From NCBI GenBank assembly GCA_002269645.1, contig NIVC01004794.1, forward strand, positions 1-34,956: a stretch of DNA of 34,956 nucleotides, given 5' to 3'. The position numbers and the translations under genes are program-made. This DNA is from Macrostomum lignano. Its lineage: Eukaryota. Under the pieces are notes generated by a model. That model was not told where the DNA came from and made no database searches. It saw only the letters and a list, made by a program, of their open reading frames with translations. Shown piece by piece: positions 9,532-21,589 of the stretch. The first letter of the stretch is position 1. Each line of letters opens with the position of its first letter.

Positions 9532-9626
9532 CTGTGTGTGAGTTGAGTTTAGTGGAATGAGGCCATTTTATCACTCAACTAAAACATTTTTTAAGAAATT
9601 AAAGTAAACGACAACTAGATTCTAGT

Positions 9627-10030
9627 CATCCTTAGAGTGGAAACTATGGGATCCCATCCTTAGAGTGGAAGCAATGGGATCCCATCCTTAGAGTGGAAGC
9701 TATGAGATCCCATCCTTAGAGTGGAAGCAATGGGATCCCACCCTTAGAGTGGAAGCTATGAGATCCCATCCTTAGAGTGGAAGCTTTGAGATCCCATCCT
9801 TAGAGTGGAAGCAATGGGATCCCATCCTAAGAGTAAAGCAATGGTCCCATCCTTAGAGTGGAAGCAATGGGATCCCATCCTTAGAGTGGAAGCTATGAGA
9901 TCCCATCCTTAAAGTGAAAGCAATGAGATCCCATCCTTAGTATGGAAGCAATGGGATCCCATCCTAAGAGTAAAGCAATGGGGTCCCATCCTTGTAGTTG
10001 AAGCAATGAGACCCCATCACTAGAGTGAAA
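9627..10030. repeat. 28-bp minisatellite (CATCCTTAGAGTGGAAGCAATGGGATCC) in CEP43-like intron 2
   Basis: About 14 tandem units. Confidence 0.95.
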
Positions 10031-10150
10031 TGAAAAATACAAGAACTAACTACCATGAGCATATTGTAATCTAAAAGACACAATTTGAAATTCCATGACA
10101 TTAAAAGTACAAATATATGTATTTTTGTATTTTGTATTTTTCACTCTTAC

Positions 10151-10259
10151 CATTTGATGACTCAAGAAATGAGGTTAATTTGTTGTTCTTTGTCTTCAGA
10201 TAGCTAGTAAGCTTTTCTTCATCATCAAGAGCCAGAAATATGCTTGCCCTTAGTTGAGC
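10151..10259 (-). CDS. CEP43: CEP43/FGFR1OP-like exon 2
   Basis: Acceptor ctctag|GCT, donor G|GTAAGA; 109 nt. AQLRASIFLALDDEEKLTSYLKTKNNKLTSFLESSN(G) resembles FOP AELRAAVFLALEEQEK...FLNTKDG. Not in the ORF track. Confidence 0.88.
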
Positions 10260-11082
10260 CTAGAGTTGTATAAGGAGTTGGTATTTAATGTTATAATTAA
10301 AAAAAATAAATAATAAGATATTATAAACAAAAATTTAAACTTTAAAAAAATAAGATATAGTAATATACTTAAGTTTTTTAATTTATCATCTTTTGCTATA
10401 GCCTATAGCAAAAAAGAAACTGTAAGAAAAAAATAAAATTTGCTAGGCTCTTCATAGATGCCATATTTTTTGTAGTTCTATTAAACTTAATTAAAAAGGT
10501 CCTTTGCTATAGAATCCTCCAAAATGACCTAAGAATAAGTTGTAATTTTTTCCTATAGTCTTTAATAGCCTATATACTATCTTCAATTCAATATGGCTAG
10601 TATAAAAATTAGTTTATATCAATTTTATATATATGCTTGTACCAATGAATTTGCCACACATTTATACTCGTATAATGCTAAGAATTTTTTTAAAGTAATG
10701 CCTTATCAATTTTTTAAAAGCATAAATTATTATCCTTATTTTAAGCTTTTCTTAAATGTATGATTGGCTCTTCAATAACTAGATAAATTTATAGATAATG
10801 ATATATTTTTGCTATGGGCATAGAATTTCCACTAAAATTTATAACACAAAAAGTATATACCGTACTAATTTCTTTTCAAATGCCTAGGCCCTATCTAAAA
10901 AAACTTTTTGGGCCTATAATAAAGACTGGTCATAGAATATATAGCATATGTGTTTGATGTTTTTAAACTAAACAGTTTAAACTAAATCATCTTTTCTTTT
11001 CTTTATTTATATATATTACTTATTCATTACTTTATTCATATATATATATTACTATCATTACTATCATTAAAACCATTATATT

Positions 11083-11288
11083 CAGTGGCGACGCAGGGGC
11101 TAGCAAGGGAGTTATAACCCCCAGGTGACTATTAGTCACCCCTTTATAGGGAGTGACCACCTCTTTAACAAAAAATTCTAAAAGTATGTGCAAGACCATG
11201 AGAAAAATTTCTTTCTTGTAGGGGTAGGGGCAAGGAGGAGTGACCACCCAACCACTGCCCCCCCCACTGGAGGTGCTATGCCGCCAGA
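11083..11288. mobile_element. Degenerate MITE-like relic beginning CAGTGGCG
   Basis: GC-rich island in an AT-rich intron, starting CAGTGGCGACGC and ending TATGCCGCCAG; no clean TSD found. Confidence 0.4.
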
Positions 11289-11605
11289 TATATAAATATA
11301 TAACTTATTCTTAGATCTATAGCAAAAAATTTTAAGATAACATTACAAAAATATAATTCTAAATTAAAAGAGTATACATACACAACACATGTCAGTAAAT
11401 ATTTGTTTGAGTATACCAGTAAAAGCATTGAATTCTTAAAAATAAAACAATGAATGTATGCAATTATAGGCCCTAATCTAAATAAGTCTTTTTGATCAAG
11501 AATAAAACAAATATAGTAGGCCTTTTATTACAGTTATTAGAGCTGCTATCGACGGAAAAATGTAGATGAATAGAACTGCAAATATTCTGCTGAGCCAATC
11601 TATCA

Positions 11606-11783
11606 CAGTGATGCAGCAAGAGGGGGCAGGAGGACCTGGGCCCCCAAAATTAACTCTCCACAAAAATTCTGGACAAATAATTACGCATCCCCTGAAATTC
11701 CAGAGAAAAATCCCTCCTCCCTACACCCCCTCCTCCGGGTTCGGAATGCCCCCCCCCTGAAATAAATCCTGGCTGCGACACTG
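11606..11783. mobile_element. hAT-type MITE in CEP43-like intron 1
   Basis: Imperfect TIRs CAGTGATGCAGCAAG / CTGGCTGCGACACTG; exact 8-bp TSD ATCTATCA at 11598-11605 and 11784-11791. Confidence 0.88.
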
Positions 11784-11915
11784 ATCTATCAGTATCATTG
11801 TATCAGTGTTAATATACCGAATATAGTCATTGCACTTATAATGATTGCGACAAACTGTTAAAGATTGCTAAAAATTTAAGACCAAAAATCGAGCAAAGAA
11901 TAAACTTTTTCTTAC

Positions 11916-11999
11916 TCGAATATCGCCCAAAACACCTTTGTTTTCAAGCGTTTGAGAAACTAAGTCTCGAAGCTCATGGTCTTCTCTATCGAGTTCCAT
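11916..11999 (-). CDS. CEP43: CEP43/FGFR1OP-like exon 1
   Basis: ATG at 11999 gives MELDREDHELRDLVSQTLENKGVLGDIR|GTAAGA, resembling FOP ELRDLLVQTLENSGVLNRIK; phase 0 joins exon 2. Not in the ORF track. Confidence 0.88.
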
Positions 12000-12574
12000 C
12001 TTTTTTTCGAACTAACCACGAAACCTTGAATAAATTGGCTGACTAAGTCTAAGGTATACGATTACTCAAGGAAACTATATCGAATACTGAAATACAACTG
12101 TAATTGATATTGCTCGATGCAGTGGGCAGGACTTGTTAAATTTTGCCAATTTAATTCCTCCTTCGCAAGTAATTTGAACTCTTCGCTTCCTGGTCGAACA
12201 GATGCATTTGTTCAGAAATAGACAATAAAAACGTATACACATTTTTTAAAATACAAAATGTACTGTCATTCATTTATATTTACCTTAAAAGTCTGCTAAA
12301 TGTTTGACTTAACTGGATTTGTTATTATTTACTTTTAATTTCCGGACTTTTACGGCCGGTTAAAATATGTATCTATTCCAAAAATCTATTTCACAAACTA
12401 ACTCACCAATACTGAAAGGCTAGTTGCAACTGCACTTCTATTAAAGCACGGAGTTTCCTGGAAAAATGCATTCGAAAGGAGCAACTTAGGCATATTTGCA
12501 TGTGGATTTCTCGCACGTCATGGGCCTAAGTTCAATAAGATGTACATGTATTTTATAAATATTTCGCCTCAGAA

Positions 12575-13218
12575 ATAATAATAATAACAATAATCTCACG
12601 CCCCGCGCCGACCACAAAAAAGTGGCCAAAAAGAGGAGGCGTCAAATCGCGCGCTTCAGGGCAAGGTCTCTGATGTGCTTCACGCCTGCTGCCGGCCTGC
12701 ATGGCTGGGTGCTCGCGCATCATCGAAAAGACGCTCGATCCACGGCGAGCCACTCGTCCCTGTCCGCGAATGCGAGGTCCCTGCGGAGTCCACAGCAGGA
12801 CGTCCTGCAGCGTCTCTGGGCAGTAAGGCTTCGACCCGGATAAACATGCCCCGCAAGCCGCGCAGACGTCGCTTGCTCAGCAGGAAAGACGGCAGCGTCA
12901 GGCGCGATCGCTGGTACCAGGGAGTCAGTCGTCTCGCTGCTGCCAGGGCCGTGGCGGGCGCCAAACGCGGCACGAACCAGAGCCGCATGCGCCGCGATGA
13001 GCTGCCTCTCGAGCGCCCCGGTCAGCGACCAGGTCTCAGCATTGTACAAGAGGGCGATCTCAACAACAGCCTGGAACAGCTGGGACCTGGCGCTGGCCGA
13101 CAGGGCCTCCGAGAGCAGCACCGCCCGAACAGATCGAAAGGCGACATAGGCCTTGCCGCGCCGTCTCGCCAGGTCGTCGCTCACGTCCGGCACCAGTCCG
13201 CCGAGGTAGAGGAACTGA
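12575..13218 (-). mobile_element. 5'-truncated RTE-like non-LTR retrotransposon (post-RT C-terminal region) with (TTA)n-like tail
   Basis: QFLYLGGLVPDVSDDLARRRGKAYVAFRSVRAVL...LFQAVVEIALLYNAETWSLT...RLAGH; paralogous to 25100-25640; tail GATTATTGTTATTATTATTATT on minus at 12575-12597. Confidence 0.85.
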
Positions 13219-14852
13219 TTACCTTAAGGCACGGAAAGAATTCCAAATGAAGCAAATTTCTGTTTCGTTCGAGGTGCAAGAATTAAATTTGTTGCGCAGA
13301 GAGTTTCAAAAGCATGTAAGAGGATGGCAGTGTCTGATTTGCTGTCTGAATTCATCGATACGAGCCGGTATGCAGATTGACTGCTGCTCGAACCAAGCTG
13401 CGGTTTCTTTTTTAAAACCCAGTCTGGTTTAACTTCCATACAGTACTATTAGCTAGGGATTAGATAGAAGGGATAGAGATTGGTTGCTCGTAGACTGAGA
13501 TATCTTGAGAAATTCTACATTCTATTCTTCTTCCTTACATACATTGTACAACTGTACATGTAACTGTCACATTCGATTCCACGAAATCTGTTCCCCCGTC
13601 ATTTGGAGCGTGATCTGCTTGCAGAATTGACTCAACCGCATGTCGATAAGCCATATGATGGATATATTGTAGCATCTTATTAGTTCACTGCGCAGCAACT
13701 CCCACGATATCCTTTAGCTAGTCAAATTTGCTTGCAGAAGAGATCAGATCTGCTTCCAGTTGGGCAGTGTATTGTAAATAATTGAAGACAGAAGTTCCGT
13801 CAGGACTCTGAGGGAGTCACAATTGCTTTCGCTAGTCTCAACTCAAAGTCGCCGCAAATCAGTTGTGATGCGGCCGCAGAAATGAAGCTCACGAGTTTCT
13901 TGTCTCCTGCTCTTCTTTTCCAGACTCAACTTCTCAACTGCTTTATATACATGTACTATTATAACAAAACACGAGAGCCTGACTTGGTGAGTCAGGTGCA
14001 TCTGGGGCTAGTCGATTTCTTCATGAATCCCTGTCACAAGCTGCTGTATATTAGAACCCTAGCTGCTGTACAAAACTTGAAACAAACAAATAGTTGACAT
14101 TGTGCACCCGATGTATATAGAGCTCGTAAATGGAGTCTAAAGTCTTAACAATGTAAAAACGAGGATTGCTTTGTTTTAATTGATTTACAATCCAACAGAC
14201 TTAAAATTCGGTAACTATTGAAAAACTGATTTATTCATTTAACGACCGCTGCGTTTTCAAATGTGCGATACAAGAGCGTCAAGTGCTCTGCTGCTGCTAG
14301 AGGAAAATAGGGGCTAAACTGCTGTACTAACAAGTGCGGCACTTGGCCACGGCACCGAGTGTCTTCGCAGGTCAGCAGTAGATCCAGCTAAAAACCTCAG
14401 TTCCGCAGGGATTATAGGCGCGGCGTGTTTGATTAGTTTTTAACTCAACTGGCAAACACAGCTCAACTCATAAGCAACTTTGCTTGTGTGCGGCGTAGAA
14501 TCTCTGACCTGAAGCGCTCCGTGCGTGGGGAAACTTACAGAGATTAGCCAAGAATTCAGGTTAGGTTCTATTAACCGGTTGAACTATCCGAATGACTTTC
14601 GGATAATCCCTGATCCTCAGAGTTTAACTGTATCTATTGTACTACGTGATGCGTTAGCAGAGAGCTATCTAAACCAGTTTTAGCCCTACATAATCGGCAA
14701 TATACGGTTTTCACAAATCTCTGACGGAAAATTTATGGATCCAGTGCCCTGCCTCTTTAGCGCATTTGATGCGTGCGCTGCATATGTGAGGTTGGCGTCA
14801 TTTTTTCTAGAAGAAGCGCTGGACTTGCGTGACTGCTATTTTAAGATTAGTT

Positions 14853-14984
14853 GGCGTCGCGCCCTGTTGCCTGACCGCCCGCTATCACCACGCCGGCCCG
14901 GTCTGTCCAGCGACCTGTTGCTCCGTCGACGACTGCAGCTGGTAGGCCACTTAGTCAACAGGTACTGGGCGTTTATTTGACGCC
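14853..14984 (+). mobile_element. Short internally deleted fragment of the same RTE-like family
   Basis: SDLLLRRRLQLVGHL matches SDLLRRRRLQLAGHI at about 25410-25455; ends ATTTGACGCC like the 3' end of the 12.6-kb copy. Confidence 0.75.
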
Positions 14985-15804
14985 TTTTGACTTTGAAGTG
15001 TAATTTTTCGTTGCTGTTGCTACCCAAAACGTGTATTACTGCATCTACGTTTAACACCCGTCATGCTTGATTCATATAGTCCCGCCCCCCATTCTCCTAA
15101 CCATACTTACTATTTTATAGCAGAAAATACAAGGTACAAGTGATGTCAGAATTTTACCATAACTTCCAGCAATGTAGAATTATTTTGCATTCACACGTGA
15201 GCTTTCATATTGCAGCGATCAGTGGGTACATTTATATTTTCACAGCTCACTGAATGAGGGTACAGTATGAGGTCAAAAAGATTCTTTTAGCAGCAGATGA
15301 GACAGTAATGTGCAGCAGCTTGGGTATTAGTAGTCCGATGGCCCTGTTTCGCACACAACTGGTACTACACTGCATTGAGATTAGGCTGTTCAGATAGATA
15401 TCAAGGACGAATTAAATACATGTAGATAGACGGGACTCTGCGTTTCCTAGAAATCCACCGAATCTTTTTAGCATAAAACAAATACTTAAATAAAGATATT
15501 AGCACTCAATGTCGGCTTCCAAAGGAACATTGTCACATGATATAGAAGTTATAAAAATAGATCTTCATACAACGGCAATTCTTTAGCATACGTGAGTCTT
15601 CAATTTTTCTCTTTAAAACTTACATTGCGAGTAGTCCCGCCATTGTAATTCTATCGGTTCTCGCTCGTATCAGACAGGTAGCTGTGATAAGGCTGGAAGA
15701 GAATCCACATGTAGAGTTATTTGATTTTTTAAATGCTCATTATTGTTTTGGGTCCCGAAGAATCGGAGGGAATTTGAAATCTATAAAAAAACTTGTAAGG
15801 GGTG

Positions 15805-17769
15805 TCACACAACAGACACGTGCTGCATTGCCTGTCCTCTCGAAAGTCTCGATGAATTTCCGTCGTCGAGGTGCTCATTTCTGGACGCTTCCGGGCATAA
15901 AAATATTCCAACCAGTTCGGTGTCCTCATCAACTACGCTGGATGCTTCCTCGAGGACGACGCACGGTCCCGAAGTAATTTCGTCGGGTGATTGGGCGGAC
16001 CTGGTGCAGGCAGGCGTTCGCAGGTGGTTCGCACTTCCCGGACAAGCTCCGTTAGCCATTTGACCAGCTTGCCGAGTCCAGCGCGAGTGAAGGTAGCTGG
16101 ACGCAACTTGAGTGCACTTGATGCCCAGAATGGCCAGGAACTCGAACAGCTCAACGAATGTCACCAGAGACATGCCAACCCAGAGGCCGCCGATTCCGCC
16201 TAGCTCAGACAGAACCTCAACAAACGAATACGACGGCGATTCGTGAATAAGCGTGCTTTTGGACTCTTCTGCGAACACCTGTAGTTTTACAAAGTTTTGC
16301 CTCACAAATCTGTGGCTGACGCTCCAGCCTTTCTCGAAGTCCCGCGACCCGTCCGGGTGTCGGTGAAATCTGACGATTTGATCCAACAGCTGCTGGCCCT
16401 GGTAGCGGGCCCGGTGGAACTTCGGGCTAACAAACGTGTGGATGAAGGCCTCCAGGTCGGTGTGCGCAGGCCAAGGAACGGACGCGATCGAGTATGTGTA
16501 ACTGCTCTGCTCGCAGGCCTGAACAGTGCCGCACTCAGACGCAAACTGATCATAAAGCTCCGTGCGAACTTGATTTTCAACATCGTTGAAGCTTTTCAGC
16601 TGTTGAAACTTGTAGGCCCCGAAAGATGCGGAGATGTTCTGCGCAGAAACGCCAGCAGCTCGCAGGTAATGGCAGAGAGCCGAGCGGTCCTGCGTCGGAA
16701 GGAACGTCGATTGACAGTGGCACTTGCGCATGAGGTGCTCCTGCCACTTCCTGACCACGCAGTCCTGGCCTCGCTTGCGAAACCGCTGTATTGCCTCGGC
16801 CTCCGACGCCCAATAGTCGGTGTGGCCGTAGTTTTCAACACAGTTATGTCCCGTTCTGTTTACGTAGACGTTTCGCTTCATCTTGAAGCGAAAGTCGGCG
16901 CTCCAACCGTTGCCAACGTCGGCGCCCTCCCAGTACACGTGCGGATACGTGCCAGGTTCGTGCACGAGCAGCCTGACGCCGCTGGACACTTGCATGCCGG
17001 CCTTGCCGAACACCGTGTCCAATTGTCTTAACGTCGAGCGATGCTTTGGCGGCGGATATTCTACCACGTGATCCGACTGGCTGGAGTTATCCAGTGGCAT
17101 TGTGCTGGTATACAGGATTATATTCAGGCCGTCATTGGGCCCGGTGCCTTGCACGCTTCGATCCTTGGGTCGGAATGACCAGCAATTCCAATAGTGCGAG
17201 TTCTGCACCAGCTTGAAATCCGCTGGTCTGCACGGGGCCTTCTTGTAGAAGCAGGCCACCATCGACAAGCTCAGGTTGTGGCCCAGATGGGCCGTGTCCA
17301 TTGACGCCCAGTAGTGCTGCAATAGATTGTACCAGTGAAAGTACTTCTGCGTGCCGAATATGTCGCCACCTTTGGCGTAGACTCGCCTAAGAGCCACCAT
17401 CAGGTCAAGCATGTTGGACTCCAACTGCCGTCTAGCCGGACTATCGTGGTTCAGCAGGTACTGCGGCATCGGGCGCAGATTGCAGATGGTCACGTCCGGG
17501 AATATGGTGTCGACTCCTTCGTTAAGAATGAGCGTGCTTACTGGAGTCAGGCTGAACTGGTGCACAGTCAGGTAGACGTGATAGCATCCGGCCATGCTGG
17601 TGAGACAGGTGAGCAGCAACCAGAATGCTCGCCTAACGTAGCTGTCGGCTCTAAATAGATGCGCAACGCCATGCATGCTGGTGTGCTGAGCGAACCTGTT
17701 CAGGTGCATGAACACGCCGCGCAGGGCGGCCCAGCTCGCCACTGGCCGGTTCGATTCCTGACTGTACAT
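15805..17769 (-). CDS. Intronless DEG/ENaC-family sodium channel subunit, FaNaC-like, 654 aa
   Basis: Pre-TM1 HG motif (TSMHGV), TM1, FPDVTICN, Cys-rich ectodomain, GVRLLVHEPGTYP, TM2 LSELGGIGGLWVGMSLVTFVE with GxS filter; uninterrupted ORF. Confidence 0.95.
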   Translation of the reverse strand: MYSQESNRPVASWAALRGVFMHLNRFAQHTSMHGVAHLFRADSYVRRAFWLLLTCLTSMAGCYHVYLTVHQFSLTPVSTLILNEGVDTIFPDVTICNLRPMPQYLLNHDSPARRQLESNMLDLMVALRRVYAKGGDIFGTQKYFHWYNLLQHYWASMDTAHLGHNLSLSMVACFYKKAPCRPADFKLVQNSHYWNCWSFRPKDRSVQGTGPNDGLNIILYTSTMPLDNSSQSDHVVEYPPPKHRSTLRQLDTVFGKAGMQVSSGVRLLVHEPGTYPHVYWEGADVGNGWSADFRFKMKRNVYVNRTGHNCVENYGHTDYWASEAEAIQRFRKRGQDCVVRKWQEHLMRKCHCQSTFLPTQDRSALCHYLRAAGVSAQNISASFGAYKFQQLKSFNDVENQVRTELYDQFASECGTVQACEQSSYTYSIASVPWPAHTDLEAFIHTFVSPKFHRARYQGQQLLDQIVRFHRHPDGSRDFEKGWSVSHRFVRQNFVKLQVFAEESKSTLIHESPSYSFVEVLSELGGIGGLWVGMSLVTFVELFEFLAILGIKCTQVASSYLHSRWTRQAGQMANGACPGSANHLRTPACTRSAQSPDEITSGPCVVLEEASSVVDEDTELVGIFLCPEASRNEHLDDGNSSRLSRGQAMQHVSVV

Positions 17770-18635
17770 GCGAGAGTAGCTTAACTCGTCCTAGGGTCGC
17801 GCAGAAACTTCGCCTAGATTGTTTTCAGTGCACTGGAGTTCCGCGCCAATATCCCCTGCCAAGCTTTGGGAGGGGGGGGGCGGACCGCACAGCAGTTTCG
17901 GGGCTTGCCAAAGAATTCCCTGCCTCCAACGATTTTGGCAGCCAATAAAAAGTTTGGCAAGAGAAAAAAAGCGCCCTGAAATTTGATCGGGCCGCGGCGC
18001 GTCGATTTAAACAGCTAATTTGCATTTGAATCAACTGCCATCCGGCTGGCAAGCAAAATAAAATTCTTCTCTCCCAAGTATTTTTTGATGCAATATTGAA
18101 CATTCGCTGAGCATCACTAACGATAAGTCCTTGCTTTCCTCAAGCATTGTCCAGTTGGAGTAGGGAGCAAACTGTTAGCTAAATCTAGCGAACCTAATCT
18201 TTCTTGAGCCTGTAACGTGTCGGCCATCACAGTTCCACTTACCGCCGCTAGAAATTGCCAAACTCACAGCTGTAATGCTTACTGCACTGCTGCTGGTCTG
18301 CGCTGCTAAAGCACCAGAAAGGGGGTAAACACTCCTATTGTTGCAGCTCGTCTGCTGCTGAGCCGTCGTGAGCAGCCCTCACCACTCCCCAGCCCCCAAT
18401 CCAGAAGAAGAGCCTCTGATCAGCCCCAAACAGTCCAGCCGTCAAAGTTTGACACCACTATGAAGCAGAGCCGAGCGCCATAGCTGCCCAGTGCAATAAT
18501 GAAAATCCATTATTGAATTCTCCAATTTAACAGTGAGGGCGCGGGAAAGGTCCGCTTGCCGTATTGTACGCACGTATGAAGACATATGGAGTGGATTGTG
18601 TCAGTTTGCTGCTTGCTCTACTTAGTACAAATGAC

Positions 18636-20885
18636 ATGCGCTCATTTGATTCATTGCTCATATACAATCGCTCATTTGATTCATTGCTCATATACAATCG
18701 CTCATTTGATTCATTGCTCATATACAATCGCTCATTTGATTCATTGCTCATATACAATCCCTCATTTGACTCATTGCTCATATACAATCGCTCATTTGAT
18801 TCATTGCTCATATACAATCGCTCATTTGATTCATTGCTCATATACAATCCCTCATTTGATTCATTGCTCATATACAATCGCTCATTTGACTCATTGCTCA
18901 TAGACAATCGCTCATTTGATTCATTGCTCATATACAATCCCTCATTTGATTCATTGCTCATATACAATCGTTCATTTGACTCATTGCTCATAGACAATCG
19001 CTCATTTGATTCATTGATCATAGACAATCGCTCATTTTATTCATTGCTCATAGACAATCGCTCATTTGATCCATTCCTCATAGACAATCGCTCATTTGAT
19101 TCATTGCTCATAGACAATCGCTCATTTGATTCATTGCTCATAGACAATCGCTCATTTGATTCAGTGCTCATAGACAATCGCTCATTTGATTCATTGCTCA
19201 TATACAATCGCTCATTTGATTCATTGCTCATATACAATCGCTCATTTGATTCATTGCTCATATACAATCGCTCATTTGATTCATTGCTCATATACAATCG
19301 CTCATTTGATTCATTGCTCATATACAATCGCTCATTTGACTCATTGCTCATAGACAATCGCTCATTTGATCCATTGCTCATAGACAATCACTCGTTTGAT
19401 TCATTGCTCATAGACAATCGCTCATTTGATCCATTCGTCATAGACAATCACTCATTTGATTCATTGCTAATAGACAATCACTCGTTTGATTCATTGCTCA
19501 TAGACAATCGCTTATTTGATTCATTGCTTCTAGACAATCGCTCATTTGATCCATTCCTCATAGACAATCGCTCATTTGATTCATTGCTCATAGACAATCG
19601 CTCATTTGATTCATTGCTCATAGACAATCGCTCATTTGATCCATTCCTCATAGACAATCGCTCATTTGATTCATTGCTCATAGACAATCGCTCATTTGAT
19701 TCATTGCTCATAGACAATCGCTCATTTGATTCAGTGCTCATAGACAATCGCTCATTTGATTCATTGCTCATATACAATCGCTCATTTGATTCATTGCTCA
19801 TATACAATCGCTCATTTGATTCATTGCTCATATACAATCGCTCATTTGATTCATTGCTCATATACAATCGCTCATTTGATCATTGCTCATAGACAATCGC
19901 TCATTTGATCCATTGCTCATAGACAATCACTCGTTTGATTCATTGCTCATAGACAATCGCTCATTTGATCCATTCGTCATAGACAATCACTCATTTGATT
20001 CATTGCTCATAGACAATCGCTCATTTGATTCATTGCTCATAGACAATCGCTCATTTGATTCATTGCTCATAGACAATCGCTCATTTGATCCATTCCTCAT
20101 AGACAATCGCTCATTTGATCATTCCTCATAGAGAATCGCTCATTTGATCATTGCTCATAGACAATCGCTCATTTGATTCATTGCTCATAGACAATCGCTC
20201 ATTTGATTCAGTGCTCATAGACAATCGCTCATTTGATTCAGTGCTCATAGACAATCGCTCATTTGATTCAGTGCTCATAGACAATCGCTCATTTGATTCA
20301 GTGCTCATAGACAATCGCTCATTTGATTCGTTGCTCATAGACAATCGCTCATTTGATTCATTGCTCATACAATCGCTCATTTGATCCATTGCTCATAGAC
20401 AATCGCTCATTTGATTCATTGCTCATAGACAATCGCTCATTTGATCAATTGCTCATAGACAATCACTCGTTTGATTAATTGCTCATAGACAATCGCTCAT
20501 TTGATTCAGTGCTCATAGACAATCGCTCATTTGATTCAGTGCTCATAGACAATCGCTCATTTGATCTACTGCTCATAGACAATCGCTCATTTGATTCGTT
20601 GCTCATAGACAATCGCTCATTTGATTCATTGCTCATACAATCGCTCATTTGATCCATTGCTCATAGAGAATCGCTCATTTGATTTATTGCTCATACAATC
20701 GCTCATTTGATCTACTGCTCATAGACAATCGCTCATTTGATTCATTGCTCATAGACAATCGCTCATTTGATCAATTGCTCATAGACAATCACTCGTTTGA
20801 TTAATTGCTCATAGACAATCGCTCATTTGATCCATTCGTCATAGACAATCACTCATTTGATCCATTGCTCATGGACTGCTCATAG
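18636..20885. repeat. 30-bp satellite (ATTCATTGCTCATAGACAATCGCTCATTTG), about 75 units
   Basis: Exact 30-nt periodicity. The unit holds two GCTCAT half-repeats, and variant blocks recur at about 540-nt spacing (e.g. 19371 and 19910). Confidence 0.98.
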
Positions 20886-21412
20886 ATCGCGTCACTGCAG
20901 GAAAACTGTATAAATCTGTTTCATAAGAGCCCTTCTATTTTTGATTAACTAGCAATTAGCGTCACAAACTACTCAGAAAGTCACTGCGCTGCAAAAAATG
21001 CATCCACTCTTGGATGGGGAGTGCAGACTCAATTGGAATAATTGATGAAGCTATTGCACTGGGGAGGGGTGTATACGTGTATCAAGCTTCCTTCCCTCCA
21101 GCATAGAAAATTCTTTCCCAAGCTGTCTATAATCCACACCGCGCCTACACTCCAGCGGCGCAGTCTGCAATACTTAAAACTGGTACTTGGTCCGCGTGTG
21201 TACACTTCCTATACTGTGCATGCACATTCCGGCCTCTACACCTGTAATTGGTTGCTATGGAAACTGTGTCGATCGCCCAGCGCGGATAAAGAAGCACGCG
21301 CAAGTGTAAGTTTCATAATTTCATTTGTCTGGAGAGAGTTTAAGAGGTTGCAAGACAGCTCTCTTCCCTTGGGGAAAAGCGAGACAAGAGTTTATCTACT
21401 CTAAAACTGATC

Positions 21413-21565
21413 ATGTCTGAGTCCGTTCTGAGCTCTCAGCAGCTGGCCGAGTGTCGGGAGGCGTTCGCAATGCTGGACAAAGATGGAGCTGGTCAGCTGC
21501 CAGCGGAGAGTCTGGGCCGCCTCATCAGAATGATTGGCCAGAATCCGTCAGATGCAGAGGTTCGA
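21413..21565 (+). CDS. Calmodulin-like / myosin-light-chain-like EF-hand protein, exon 1
   Basis: MSESVLSSQQLAECREAFAMLDKDGAGQLPAESLGRLIRMIGQNPSDAEVR|GTGAGT; calmodulin N-lobe pattern (EAF..DKDG.G; GQNP..AE). Confidence 0.9.
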
Positions 21566-21589
21566 GTGAGTGAATTCGAACATTGGAGA

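Noticed and set aside
9532-9574. N-terminus MIKWPHSTKLNSHT of the 101-aa ORF
   Set aside because: Intronic: it lies upstream of the acceptor at 9531 and starts with GTG; the real N-terminus comes from exons at 11999 and 10259.
12622-13250. Plus-strand Arg-rich ORFs (73 and 191 aa)
   Set aside because: Antisense of the RTE fragment.
13224-14100. Short ORFs and moderately coding-looking minus-strand stretches
   Set aside because: Several stops, no recognisable motif and no consistent splice chain; cannot be supported as a gene.
15684-17658. Multiple plus-strand and alternate-frame ORFs (up to 244 aa)
   Set aside because: Shadows of the DEG/ENaC CDS.
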